A stretch of 64,000 nt of DNA. Origin: Bacillota bacterium. GTDB taxonomy: Bacteria > Bacillota > Clostridia > Oscillospirales > QAMX01. Within the stretch, counting starts at the first letter, position 1, and every line of letters begins with the position of its first letter. Positions 36,739 to 45,650 of this stretch are shown here, piece after piece. Made by a program: the position numbers and the translations under genes. A model generated the notes under the pieces. It made no database searches. It saw nothing but the letters and a program-made list of their open reading frames with translations, and was not told the origin of the DNA. The stretch is from positions 43,941-107,940 of the forward strand of contig JAPXRI010000005.1 in assembly GCA_033813635.1 (NCBI GenBank). The letters run 5' to 3'.

Positions 36739-38826
36739 TTATTCCACGACTCGCGGGACGAGAATGTACTCATCCGTCTTCGACGGGGCGTTTTTTATAA
36801 GTGCTTCCCGCGTGGGGGCGGAGACCGGGACATCGTCCCTCAAGACATTGACGAGCGGGACGACGTGCGCGGTCGGCTCGATATCGTCGGTGTTTATCTC
36901 CGAGAGCTTGTCGGCGAATGCGATAATCGCGTTCATATCCTCAACAAGCTTCTGTTTTTTCTCCGGCAACAGCTTCAGTTTCGCGAGGCGCGCGATGTGC
37001 TCCGCGTCGATTTGCGGGTGCTTGACTTTGACCTTTACGGGGTAAGCCGCCGCGTTTTCCTGCGGGGCCTGCGTAAGACCGAGAACGTCGAGCTGTTCCC
37101 TGTCGACGGTGTCGGGGGCGTTCGTCATCGGGCAGGAGGCGTCTTTTATCTTCGGGAACGCGATAACCTCGCGGAGCGACTCCGCGCCGACAAGGAGCAT
37201 TGCGAGCCTGTCGAGCCCGAAGGCGAAGCCGCCGTGCGGCGGCGTGCCGTAGCGGAACGCGTTGAGCATGAAGCCGAAGCGCCGATTTGTCTCCTCTTCT
37301 GAAAACCCGAGAGCCTCAAACATCTTCTGCTGGATTTTTCTGTCGTGGATGCGGATGGAGCCGCTGCCGAGTTCGACACCGTTCAGCACCACGTCGTAGG
37401 CCTGGGCGCGGACGCGCGCGGGGTCGCTCAGCAGGTACCGCACGTCCTCAGGGAAGGGCATTGTGAACGGGTGGTGGGTCGCGACGAAGCGCTTTTCCTG
37501 CTCGGAGTACTCAAACTGCGGGAAATCGGTGACAAACAGAAACTTATAATCGTCCTTTTTGCGCAAGCCGAGGCTGTCGGCGATGTCGAGCCTGAGGGAG
37601 CCGAGTACGCGGCGGACGGTCGAGAGCTTGTCGGCGCAGAAAAGGATAAAATCGCCGGGTTTCCCGTCGGTTAGGGAGACGATTTCTCCGAGTTCAGAGT
37701 CCGTGAAGTATTTTGTCATAATCGAGTAGAACCCGCCGTCCGGGCGGATCGCGATCCAAGCCATCCCTTTCGCACCGTATCCCACCGCCCTGTCGGTGAG
37801 AGCCTCGATTTCCGAGCGGGGCATTTCGGCGCCGCCCTTGATGTTGAGCGCCCGCACGACGCCGCCGGATTTAATCACGCTTCTAAACACAGAGAAGCCG
37901 CATCTGCCGGCGAGCTCGGAGAGGTCGACGATTTTCATGTCGAAGCGCAGGTCGGGCTTATCCGAGCCGTAGAGATCCATTGCCTGCTGCCAGGTGATGC
38001 GGGCAAACGGCTCGGCGATGTCCACCCCCTTCATCTCCCGGATGATGTGCTTGAACAGCTTCTCAAGGTGGTTCAGCACTTTTTCCCGGTCGACAAACGA
38101 CATCTCCATGTCCACCTGGGTGAATTCCGGCTGGCGGTCAGCCCGGAGGTCCTCGTCGCGGAAGCAGCGGGCGACCTGGTAGTATTTATCCATCCCGGCG
38201 ACCATCAGAAGCTGCTTGAAGATCTGGGGTGACTGGGGCAGCGCGTAAAACGTGCCCTGGTGGACACGGCTCGGGACAAGGTAGTCTCTGGCGCCCTCGG
38301 GTGTGGATTTCGTTAGTATCGGAGTCTCCACCTCGATAAAGCCCTCGGCGTCGAGGTAAGCCCTGACCGCCTGCAACAGCCTGTGGCGGCAGCGCAGATT
38401 TTCGAACATCTCCGGGCGGCGGAGGTCCAGAAAACGGTATTTCAGGCGCAAATCCTCCCTGACCTTAACATCGTCGTCCAGCGAGAACGGTAGCGGGTCG
38501 GCCTCGGACAAAAGCTCGAGCCTGGTCGCCCGGAGCTCGACGGTGCCCGTCTTAAGCTTGGGGTTGTAGGTCTCCTCGTCGCGGATGAAAACCTCGCCGA
38601 ACACCGCGATCACGGACTGGTTTCGCAGGGTTTCGACAATGCGGTATTCGTTCTCGGGAATTTTTTGCGCGTTAAAGACAACCTGGAGGATGCCCTCCCG
38701 GTCTTTCAGGTCGACAAAGATGACCCCGCCCATGTCGCGCTTGGTCTGTACCCAGCCGCAGGCGGTGATTTTTCTGCCGACATCCCTCTCGGAGACGTCG
38801 CCGCAGTAGATCGTCCGTTCCATCAT
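36739..38826 (-). CDS. aspS: Aspartyl-tRNA synthetase with a C-terminal GatC domain (AspRS::GatC fusion)
   Basis: 695 aa. Residues 1 to ~590 are a bacterial-type AspRS ([23 protein letters not shown]). The last ~95 aa ([60 protein letters not shown]...YILVPRVVE) align along their length with GatC. No separate gatC ORF precedes gatA. Confidence 0.85.
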   Translation of the reverse strand: MMERTIYCGDVSERDVGRKITACGWVQTKRDMGGVIFVDLKDREGILQVVFNAQKIPENEYRIVETLRNQSVIAVFGEVFIRDEETYNPKLKTGTVELRATRLELLSEADPLPFSLDDDVKVREDLRLKYRFLDLRRPEMFENLRCRHRLLQAVRAYLDAEGFIEVETPILTKSTPEGARDYLVPSRVHQGTFYALPQSPQIFKQLLMVAGMDKYYQVARCFRDEDLRADRQPEFTQVDMEMSFVDREKVLNHLEKLFKHIIREMKGVDIAEPFARITWQQAMDLYGSDKPDLRFDMKIVDLSELAGRCGFSVFRSVIKSGGVVRALNIKGGAEMPRSEIEALTDRAVGYGAKGMAWIAIRPDGGFYSIMTKYFTDSELGEIVSLTDGKPGDFILFCADKLSTVRRVLGSLRLDIADSLGLRKKDDYKFLFVTDFPQFEYSEQEKRFVATHHPFTMPFPEDVRYLLSDPARVRAQAYDVVLNGVELGSGSIRIHDRKIQQKMFEALGFSEEETNRRFGFMLNAFRYGTPPHGGFAFGLDRLAMLLVGAESLREVIAFPKIKDASCPMTNAPDTVDREQLDVLGLTQAPQENAAAYPVKVKVKHPQIDAEHIARLAKLKLLPEKKQKLVEDMNAIIAFADKLSEINTDDIEPTAHVVPLVNVLRDDVPVSAPTREALIKNAPSKTDEYILVPRVVE

Positions 38827-38879
38827 TTTTTAATCGTTCCTTTCTCGTGGGAGAATACCGGCTTGAGATGGCCAATAAA

Positions 38880-39197
38880 TAAGAAAATCCTCCGCTCCGA
38901 AGCAAAAGCTCCGGGGCGAAGGATGTTGTTCCTCCGCGGTGCCACCCGCATTGCCTAAAAAAGGCCGTCTTAAAAGCACTAACATGCTTTTTGGCTGTAA
39001 CGCGCCAAACGCGTCTGCGTCTACTCGGAAACGCGAATGCGTTTCCTTTCGGACAGAGGCTCCGGGCTGTTCTTCACATCTAAATACCGTGCCGCGCTCG
39101 CACCTTCTCAAAGCGATAAAAGCCTTGATCTGCGGCGGCTCTCTGTAACGGGTTTATAGAGCTACTCTTCCCATCATTGCCGATATGCTTATATATT
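38880..39197 (-). promoter_or_regulatory. T-box leader (tRNA-sensing riboswitch) with intrinsic terminator
   Basis: The minus strand contains AATGCGGGTGGCACCGCGGAGGAAC (T-box core, rc of 38934-38952). Downstream lies the terminator CCTTCGCCCCGGAGC-TTTT-GCTTCGGAGCGGAGG followed by ATTTTCTTATTT. Upstream are stem-I elements (GAAGAGTA, CAGAGAG, GGTGCGAGC) and a specifier-loop-like GTGAAGAACAG. Confidence 0.8.
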
Positions 39198-39204
39198 ATT
39201 AATT

Positions 39205-39233
39205 ATTATACCATACGATATATCCTTTGTCAA
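39205..39233 (-). promoter_or_regulatory. Consensus sigma-A promoter driving the T-box leader
   Basis: The minus strand reads TTGACA-17 nt-TATAAT, a perfect consensus. Confidence 0.75.
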
Positions 39234-39327
39234 ATATTTTATGAAAAAACTGCTGCGATATACGGTGCAATCCGGGTGAAAAAATGGTACAATAACGGTG
39301 CGAAATAAGTCAAAGGGAGTACCGAAA

Positions 39328-39954
39328 ATGGGTGAGAAAAAATGCGTGATTATCGGAGCGGGCGAATTTTCGGGGGAAATCGCCGCACCGGAAGAGCACG
39401 ATCTCGTGATCGCCGCGGACGGGGGTTATGCCCGCGTTCGGGCGCTGGGGCTGAAAATCAACGCGGTAATCGGAGATTTCGACTCGCTGGGATATGAGCC
39501 GGAGCACGAAAATGTAATCCGGCTCAGCGTGGAGAAGGACGACACCGACACATTGGCCGCAATCAGGTACGGGCTTGATAACGGTTGCCGGGAGTTTGAT
39601 ATTTACGGCGGGACGGGGGGCCGGATCTCGCACACGATAGCCAACATCGAGTGCCTCGCGTTTCTGTCGCAGCTCGGCGCGAGGGCGCGTCTTTTCGGAA
39701 ACGGATTCTATATCACCGCCGTAACCGACGGAAAAATCGAGTTTAACGCCGGAACGAAGGGGAAGATATCGGTTTTTTCGCACGGAGACAAGGCGGAAGG
39801 GGTATACCTTGAAGGGCTCAAATACCCCCTTCGGGATGCGACGCTTTTAAACACCTTCCCTCTCGGGGTCAGCAACAGCTTTATCGGCGCAAAAAGCTCC
39901 GTCAGGGTGGAAAGAGGGACGCTGATCGTCATATGCGAGGAGAACGAAAGCTGA
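39328..39954 (+). CDS. thiN: Thiamine diphosphokinase
   Basis: VIIGAGEF, VIAADGG, VIGDFDS and KDDTD motifs. The start is moved to MGEKKC (ATG 39328). Confidence 0.8.
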   Translation: MGEKKCVIIGAGEFSGEIAAPEEHDLVIAADGGYARVRALGLKINAVIGDFDSLGYEPEHENVIRLSVEKDDTDTLAAIRYGLDNGCREFDIYGGTGGRISHTIANIECLAFLSQLGARARLFGNGFYITAVTDGKIEFNAGTKGKISVFSHGDKAEGVYLEGLKYPLRDATLLNTFPLGVSNSFIGAKSSVRVERGTLIVICEENES

Positions 39955-40026
39955 CCGCCGGCAGCGGATAGGATTCTGCTCAAGCAAGGGCGCGCATCGC
40001 TTGCGCATAAGCTCATCTAATAAAGG

Positions 40027-40075
40027 ATATGCCGCCCGGTTAAGCCCGAAAATTCGGCTTAGCCGGGCGGCATAT
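40027..40075. terminator. Long hairpin between convergent genes
   Basis: ATATGCCGCCCGGTTAAGCC...GGCTTAGCCGGGCGGCATAT forms a stem of about 20 bp with one mismatch. Confidence 0.6.
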
Positions 40076-40099
40076 TTAACATTTAACGCAATGCAGCCT

Positions 40100-42250
40100 T
40101 TATATCGCCTTTGGCGGCCACGCGGTGTATTCGCTGGTGTCTCCGAGCTCGGCGGAGAGGGCTTTTGCGGCGGCGGCAATTTTATCGCACCAGGCGATCG
40201 TTTTCTCTATCGGCGGGGTTCCCTGCTCCCAGTTCTCCCATGCATCGAACATCTCCACAAACGGGGCGGGGTCGACAATGCCCGAGCAGAGGCGAGAAAA
40301 GTCGTTTATACATTGGGTCCTGTGGTTTGCGTATACGCCTTTGGCTTCGAGGGCGGAGCGGATGACGCCCCAGGCGACCGTAAACGCCGAGTAGAAAAGC
40401 GCGTCTGCCTCCTCGTCTTCACTATTAAGCTTGCGGCCCTTGTAAAATGAGATAAACTTCTCCCTTGTCTGTGCGACGCCCTCGATCTCGCATGAGACGA
40501 GCTCGGTATAGCCGGACTCGCTGATGCGCTTACGGCGGTTTTCAGGGGTGTCGTGGGCCGCGTCGGCGAGCTCCTCGGTCAGGCTGACGTAGAGGGGCAG
40601 GCGGTGGCGGCCGGGTGCCTTGAGCCAGGTCTCGGCGAGGGCTTCGGATTTCTCATAGAGCTCGTCGCCTACCATGCCGCGGGAGACGGCATCCTGCAGC
40701 GTCAGGAAGAATTGATCCATCGTGAGAACTTCAATCTCGGGATGGTCCTTCAGCTTGTACATCTCGTCGTTGAGCTGCTTGTAAATGCCGTTAGCAATCT
40801 GCGCGAACAAGAACAGGAACAGCGGCCTGGTTTTGCACTCCTCGGATAATTTGACGATATCTTCGATATTGTCCCGGCCGACGTTGGCTATATGGACCGA
40901 GTGGAGTTTCGGAATCTTTCCTTTGGGGTAACTGACCGCGTACGGCGAGCCGCCGAGACCGCAGACAAGCCCGGGGGCTCCGGGGGACAGATATTCCATT
41001 TCACACGCGATAGCCGCGTCGTCTTCGACCTCGCGCCACCAGTCCTGCAGCAGCCAGTTGACCATATTGCAGCCGTTCTGTCCGGACTGGTCCAGCAGCC
41101 GCCGACTCTCCTTCAGGTAGACGGGCGCGAGGTCTTCAGGCCAGAGGAAGGAATAGGTATAGCCCGCTCCGGAGGACGGACCCCAGAAGCAGTCGTTCGG
41201 ACGTCTGGTTTTCTGATAGTATTCGTACATGCCGGGCATAATCTGCACCAGCAGGGGCAGAAAGCCCCAGCTGTACGGGAAAGAGCCCCTGTTCGGGTCC
41301 ATCCAGTTTTCGCAAAGCAGATTGTTCATGACCCACGTCGCGTCGCCGTCGCTGTTGTAGAAGCAGACGTAAACCTTGTTTTTCTCGGCGCGGCATTTCT
41401 CCTCGGGTGGAAGGGGCTGGGCATAGGCCTTTTTGCGGTCGCCCACGCCGCCGTGTATTGTCATATTCGGAGAGCCGGTGCTGCAGAGCGAGAAAAATCC
41501 GAACTCGGCAGCAGCGGCGATATACTCCTTTTCCTGTTCCCACGCGCAGCACCAGACAAGCTGGACTCCCGGCGCCTCCGCGATTTCCATCATCTTTCTG
41601 AAGAGGTTGAGCGTGCGGCGGCACACGCGGTTTCTCGGCAGGTCAATCGCGAACGCGCGGTTGTACACGAGATAGTCTATCTGTTCGTGACAAAAACCGT
41701 GCCAGGAAGACCGGTGGACGCAGAGGTTCGCGTACATGCGGCGGTTGCAGCGGGGCCACAGGTTTTCTACCGCCCATTCCGCGGCGTCCCAGTTATCAGC
41801 AAAGCGGCCGCGCAGGTCGTCGACTTTTTTTATGCCGTGGCGAATCATGTACTCCTCTTCGCAGGGCGCGATGGGCAAAGTGCCTTCGAGACCGCAGAGC
41901 GTGATAGCGATGTTCTGGGTCTGAATAACGTCGGTGTTGTCGTATACGACGTAGCCGCTGACAAGGTCCTTATACTTCTCAAGAACCTCGTCCGGCGTCA
42001 AGCGCTCGGTTATCGGAATGCCGTAATCCTCGGTATAGACGCGCAGCCAGTGGCGCTCGTAGGGGTTGTTGTCCCGGATGACGTAAAGGTGGGGTTCGAC
42101 ACGGTTCACAAGGCCCTGGAGCGCGCGGTACCAGATCCAGAAGTCGGTTCCGGCTTTCAAAGGCTCGGAGAGCGTCAGCCTTTTTACCTTCGGAATATCG
42201 GGAAAAATCGATGTGAGCGAGGGATCGGAAGCCCTGAGGCTTTTTGCCAT
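40100..42250 (-). CDS. GxGYxYP-family putative glycoside hydrolase (signal-less)
   Basis: The start is trimmed to MAKSLRAS (RBS AAAGGATGG). It contains GPSSGAGYTYSFLWP, a GxGYxY(P/S) motif. The family call is from memory. Confidence 0.55.
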   Translation of the reverse strand: MAKSLRASDPSLTSIFPDIPKVKRLTLSEPLKAGTDFWIWYRALQGLVNRVEPHLYVIRDNNPYERHWLRVYTEDYGIPITERLTPDEVLEKYKDLVSGYVVYDNTDVIQTQNIAITLCGLEGTLPIAPCEEEYMIRHGIKKVDDLRGRFADNWDAAEWAVENLWPRCNRRMYANLCVHRSSWHGFCHEQIDYLVYNRAFAIDLPRNRVCRRTLNLFRKMMEIAEAPGVQLVWCCAWEQEKEYIAAAAEFGFFSLCSTGSPNMTIHGGVGDRKKAYAQPLPPEEKCRAEKNKVYVCFYNSDGDATWVMNNLLCENWMDPNRGSFPYSWGFLPLLVQIMPGMYEYYQKTRRPNDCFWGPSSGAGYTYSFLWPEDLAPVYLKESRRLLDQSGQNGCNMVNWLLQDWWREVEDDAAIACEMEYLSPGAPGLVCGLGGSPYAVSYPKGKIPKLHSVHIANVGRDNIEDIVKLSEECKTRPLFLFLFAQIANGIYKQLNDEMYKLKDHPEIEVLTMDQFFLTLQDAVSRGMVGDELYEKSEALAETWLKAPGRHRLPLYVSLTEELADAAHDTPENRRKRISESGYTELVSCEIEGVAQTREKFISFYKGRKLNSEDEEADALFYSAFTVAWGVIRSALEAKGVYANHRTQCINDFSRLCSGIVDPAPFVEMFDAWENWEQGTPPIEKTIAWCDKIAAAAKALSAELGDTSEYTAWPPKAI

Positions 42251-42421
42251 GATTTTTATCCATCCTTTCTGGGCGGAAGTATTGTGCGGGACAAGCATAT
42301 CACAACGCTACGGAGAAATCAACGTCATAACAGGGGTAATATAACGACAAAAACGCGCTACATTTGGAGCATTCACACATGGATTTATGAAAAAACTTGT
42401 GTGACAGCTTCAAGCGAGGCC

Positions 42422-42462
42422 AAAAAAGACCACACTAAAGATACTATCTTTAGTGTGGTCTT
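42422..42462 (-). terminator. Strong rho-independent terminator in non-coding DNA
   Basis: The minus strand reads AAGACCACACTAAAGAT-agt-ATCTTTAGTGTGGTCTT (a perfect 17-bp stem) followed by TTTTGG, so the last two stem Ts plus these four form a run of six T. Confidence 0.7.
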
Positions 42463-42727
42463 AATGTTTGCTAAGTTTAACCGGATATTTTTAAGTCTGT
42501 CAATAATTTTGCACTAATCCCGCTGAAGATAGGTCTTAACCCTATCGTCTGCAACTACCAATTGCTTTTCTTAAATCCGTTCCTGTAATTGTTCTTGTTT
42601 AAGATTCCCATTGCTATCAAGTTTCCGCAGTTTATCAAATATTCTTCCGAATGAAAAGCGTACAAATTACATCACACTCCCTCTTTTTTGCCTTATCTCT
42701 ATTCACTCTATTTGCTCCGACAGGCTT

Positions 42728-42761
42728 GAGAAAGGCGAGGAAACCCTCGCCTTCTCTTTTT
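42728..42761 (+). terminator. Plus-oriented hairpin with a T-run abutting the 3' end of a minus-strand gene
   Basis: GAGAAAGGCGAGG-aaac-CCTCGCCTTCTC followed by TTTTTATT. The T-run overlaps the TAA stop of the 42760..44322 gene. Confidence 0.45.
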
Positions 42762-44322
42762 ATTGCAGGGTCTTTGCCAGCACATCGCCAAGGCGGACTC
42801 TTGCGCCGTAGAACGTGTCGTCATTGTCAGAAAAAACGAACATATCCGGTGCATCTGTTCCGTAAAGAGCCTTGTTCAATTCCGGCGCAGGGTTGACAAG
42901 GGGATTTATAATGCTTGCCAGCTCGTCTGCCGAAAGCAGCTCTTTTGCCATGGTCAGCATTTCAAAGTCGTCAATACCGGCGCGAATCATTTCAAGCCGC
43001 AAAGAACCCACCGGCCCGTCGATTCCGATTTCGTTGCCGTTGTAAAGCAGGCTGCCGTCACCGGGGCGGATTTTGTCGTAGGTAAAGGGGTCATTCCAGG
43101 GGGTGCCTTCCATGCTCCAGTGGTTGGCGCTCCAATACAAAAGCCCTTCGATGTCATAGGCAAACTGCTGCCAGAACAGCACCCGGTGCTGGGCGCCGGT
43201 GTTATCCAGGTTGAGGTCGCAATAAGTCTTCAAATACGGGAAACCGCAGACATACCACCAAGTTTTGTGACCCCTGGCGCGTTCTTCCTTCATGCGGGTC
43301 AAAACGGTGCCAAAGGTTTTGACAATGTCGCCGTTGGGGTCGGCAAATCCATCCTTCACATAGCCGGCGGTACCGTTGGTGCCGAACATGTCCGAGCGAA
43401 GGCACCAGTGGGTTTGGTGCGAGCCTAAGAAAGAGATGTTGTCATACCCCTCTGGGAAAAGCCTGGAATCGCCCAGTGGCGTGATGATCTGGAAACTTGG
43501 CCAAAGCCTTTCAAGTCTTGTTACGGCTAGCCGATAACGCTCTAGCCTTTCGGGGGCAGAGGGTTCATCTACCGGATAAAAAAGCCCTTTTTTCAGCCAG
43601 TCGGGGTTTTGAGAAAGCCTGGCGCGGTAGGCAAGGATGGTTTCATCATCTTTTGCGTAGGGGATGCGAAAGTGTGTTACCCGTGGGTCGTTCAGATAGG
43701 CGTCGGCTCGATCATCGAGTAAGCCAAAAGGAAGGTCATCGGCACAGATCTTGTGATCGAGCAGGAAGTCGTAGTATGTTTTGTAAAGCTCGTCGGCATT
43801 TTCCTCAGACGCGTTGTGCCGCTTTTTAAGATAGTCTTTGTTCAACCCAAACAGTGTGCCGCAGGATGGCACATCGGGCAGCGTAAAACCCCAAACTTTC
43901 GCGGTAAATTCCAACCGGTTTAGCACTTCCCCGTCTTTTTCCACCCGGCACACACCGGTATACACCCCGGCAGAAGTCTCTTTTGAGGCGCTTATGCGGA
44001 CGAAAAAAGATGGCGAATCGTTTCGCGCGGCGGAAAACGTTCCGGTGTTGGGTATCATGGCATCGGGCAGCGGACGATTGCGAACGGGCAGATAAGCAAG
44101 CTGAAACGCTTCCGCGGTAAGAACATCCCCCGTTTCGGAAACGGGGTTTTCGACGCAGAACGTCAATCCCTCTACCGGGTCGTTGGTCCAAATGGTCACG
44201 TGAAAGCCGTCTGTGCCGTTTTTGGGAAGCATTGCCTGATAGGTGGCAAAGCCTCCGTCGTGGTCGTCTTTATACACTTTGCGGGTGGGATGGTTGAAGC
44301 GGCAGCGCAGTTCGTATGCCAT
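42760..44322 (-). CDS. DUF4091-domain protein (GH123-like putative glycosidase), signal-less
   Basis: 520 aa. The C-terminal half (HKTWWYVCGFPY...DNTGAQHRVLFWQQFAYDIEGLLYWSANHW...GDGSLLY) matches my recollection of the DUF4091 pattern. Confidence 0.55.
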   Translation of the reverse strand: MAYELRCRFNHPTRKVYKDDHDGGFATYQAMLPKNGTDGFHVTIWTNDPVEGLTFCVENPVSETGDVLTAEAFQLAYLPVRNRPLPDAMIPNTGTFSAARNDSPSFFVRISASKETSAGVYTGVCRVEKDGEVLNRLEFTAKVWGFTLPDVPSCGTLFGLNKDYLKKRHNASEENADELYKTYYDFLLDHKICADDLPFGLLDDRADAYLNDPRVTHFRIPYAKDDETILAYRARLSQNPDWLKKGLFYPVDEPSAPERLERYRLAVTRLERLWPSFQIITPLGDSRLFPEGYDNISFLGSHQTHWCLRSDMFGTNGTAGYVKDGFADPNGDIVKTFGTVLTRMKEERARGHKTWWYVCGFPYLKTYCDLNLDNTGAQHRVLFWQQFAYDIEGLLYWSANHWSMEGTPWNDPFTYDKIRPGDGSLLYNGNEIGIDGPVGSLRLEMIRAGIDDFEMLTMAKELLSADELASIINPLVNPAPELNKALYGTDAPDMFVFSDNDDTFYGARVRLGDVLAKTLQ

Positions 44323-44367
44323 GGGATCCCCTCTCCTTTTAATTCAAAATATGCTCCAGCGCATTGC

Positions 44368-44535
44368 CTATACGGGATTTTGCGCTGTAAAACGTGCCAT
44401 CATGCGTTTTTGGACGATGGCTATAGTATTGTTTTTGCTTATATAACTAGGCCTTTGTGGTTATCCGATGATACAAACTCTACTTTGGCAAGCCCACATG
44501 CTTTCAGCTGGTGATAAACCCATCCCAGCTATTGG
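44368..44535 (-). mobile_element. Relic of an IS256-family (mutator-type) transposase gene
   Basis: The minus strand encodes ...WVYHQLKACGLAKVEFVSSDNHKGLVI*. Compare the IS256 Tnp segment ...FFQDLKARGLKGVELVISDAHKGLVSAI. A further fragment, AIVQKRMMARFTAQN, follows after a stop. No intact ORF and no inverted ends are recognisable. Confidence 0.5.
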
Positions 44536-44610
44536 ATACACTAGGGGTATGCAATGTAGATATGCAAAATCCGAAATCGCCGGCTTTTTTGCCGTGCTTG
44601 GGCCGTTCTG

Positions 44611-45636
44611 TTAAAAAAGCACGGTCTTTTTAGTTTTTGCGCTTTCGATGGCCTTATAAACCATCCGGATGCTGTGGATATTGTCGCGGCAATCGGTCTG
44701 GGGTCTTGTTCCGCTTTGCAGAGCGGCGAACATTTCGTTGATGCACGCGTCGTGGTAGGTATTTGCCATAGGCATCGGCGCGACTTTCCTAAAGGAAGAA
44801 GTGATCTCGTTTTCGTCGGATATGCCGGTTTTGGCGGTACTATCGGCGGTGGCATCATAGTACAGCTTTTCGGCCCCGTCCCAGAAAACGGCGCCGTTTT
44901 CACAGGCTACCCGCCATTCGGATTCCCAGGAGGTGTTCAATCCGTTGGCGCACCAGCTTCCGCGGTAATCAAACACAGAGCCGTCCTCCATTTCAAAGAC
45001 GCAAATGGCGCTTGCGTTGCCTTGATACCAGGACCAGAACGGGTTGAATTCGTGGCAATAAACGGAGACGGCGTTTTTACCGGTAAGAAACCGGCATGCG
45101 TCAAAGGTGTGGATGGCCATATCGGCAATCAGGGGGCTGTCCATTTCTTCCCGGAAGCCGCCAAAATGAGGATCCAGTTGGAAGTTGGCGGATACCTGGC
45201 CGATCTTGCCAAGGGTTTTGGCATGCAAAAAGTTTCTCAAGGCGTACAACTGTGGGATATACCGTCTGTTTTGCATGATAAAATACTCTTTTTTCGTCTC
45301 GTTTGCGCATTCTACCATTTTTTCCGATTTTTCAAGCGAATCGGACATCGGTTTCTCGCCGAACACGTGGCACCCCGCCCTCAGCGACGTTGTAACAACG
45401 TCGTAATGCGCACTTGGCACAGTAATGTCGAACACGATGGTGGCGTCTTCTTTGTCCAACGCCTCTGTAACGCTTGCGTATGTATTGGCGCTTAACGCGT
45501 ATTCTTTTTTTTGGGCCTCCGCCCTTTCCGGAATAATGTCCACAAGCGCGACGATTTGGGAATCCTCTCGGTTTTTCGCGTGCTTGATCCAGGTGCCAGA
45601 CATCATGCCGCAGCCGGCAACGATTATTTTATGCAT
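44611..45636 (-). CDS. Gfo/Idh/MocA-family NAD(P)-dependent oxidoreductase
   Basis: 341 aa with a Rossmann N-terminus (KIIVAGCGMMSGTW) and the EKP motif (FGEKPMS). Confidence 0.8.
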   Translation of the reverse strand: MHKIIVAGCGMMSGTWIKHAKNREDSQIVALVDIIPERAEAQKKEYALSANTYASVTEALDKEDATIVFDITVPSAHYDVVTTSLRAGCHVFGEKPMSDSLEKSEKMVECANETKKEYFIMQNRRYIPQLYALRNFLHAKTLGKIGQVSANFQLDPHFGGFREEMDSPLIADMAIHTFDACRFLTGKNAVSVYCHEFNPFWSWYQGNASAICVFEMEDGSVFDYRGSWCANGLNTSWESEWRVACENGAVFWDGAEKLYYDATADSTAKTGISDENEITSSFRKVAPMPMANTYHDACINEMFAALQSGTRPQTDCRDNIHSIRMVYKAIESAKTKKTVLF

Positions 45637-45650
45637 GCAGCAACGCTCCT

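Noticed and set aside
40892-42517. 541-aa plus-strand ORF
   Set aside because: It is antisense to the GxGYxYP-family gene and has no recognisable domains.
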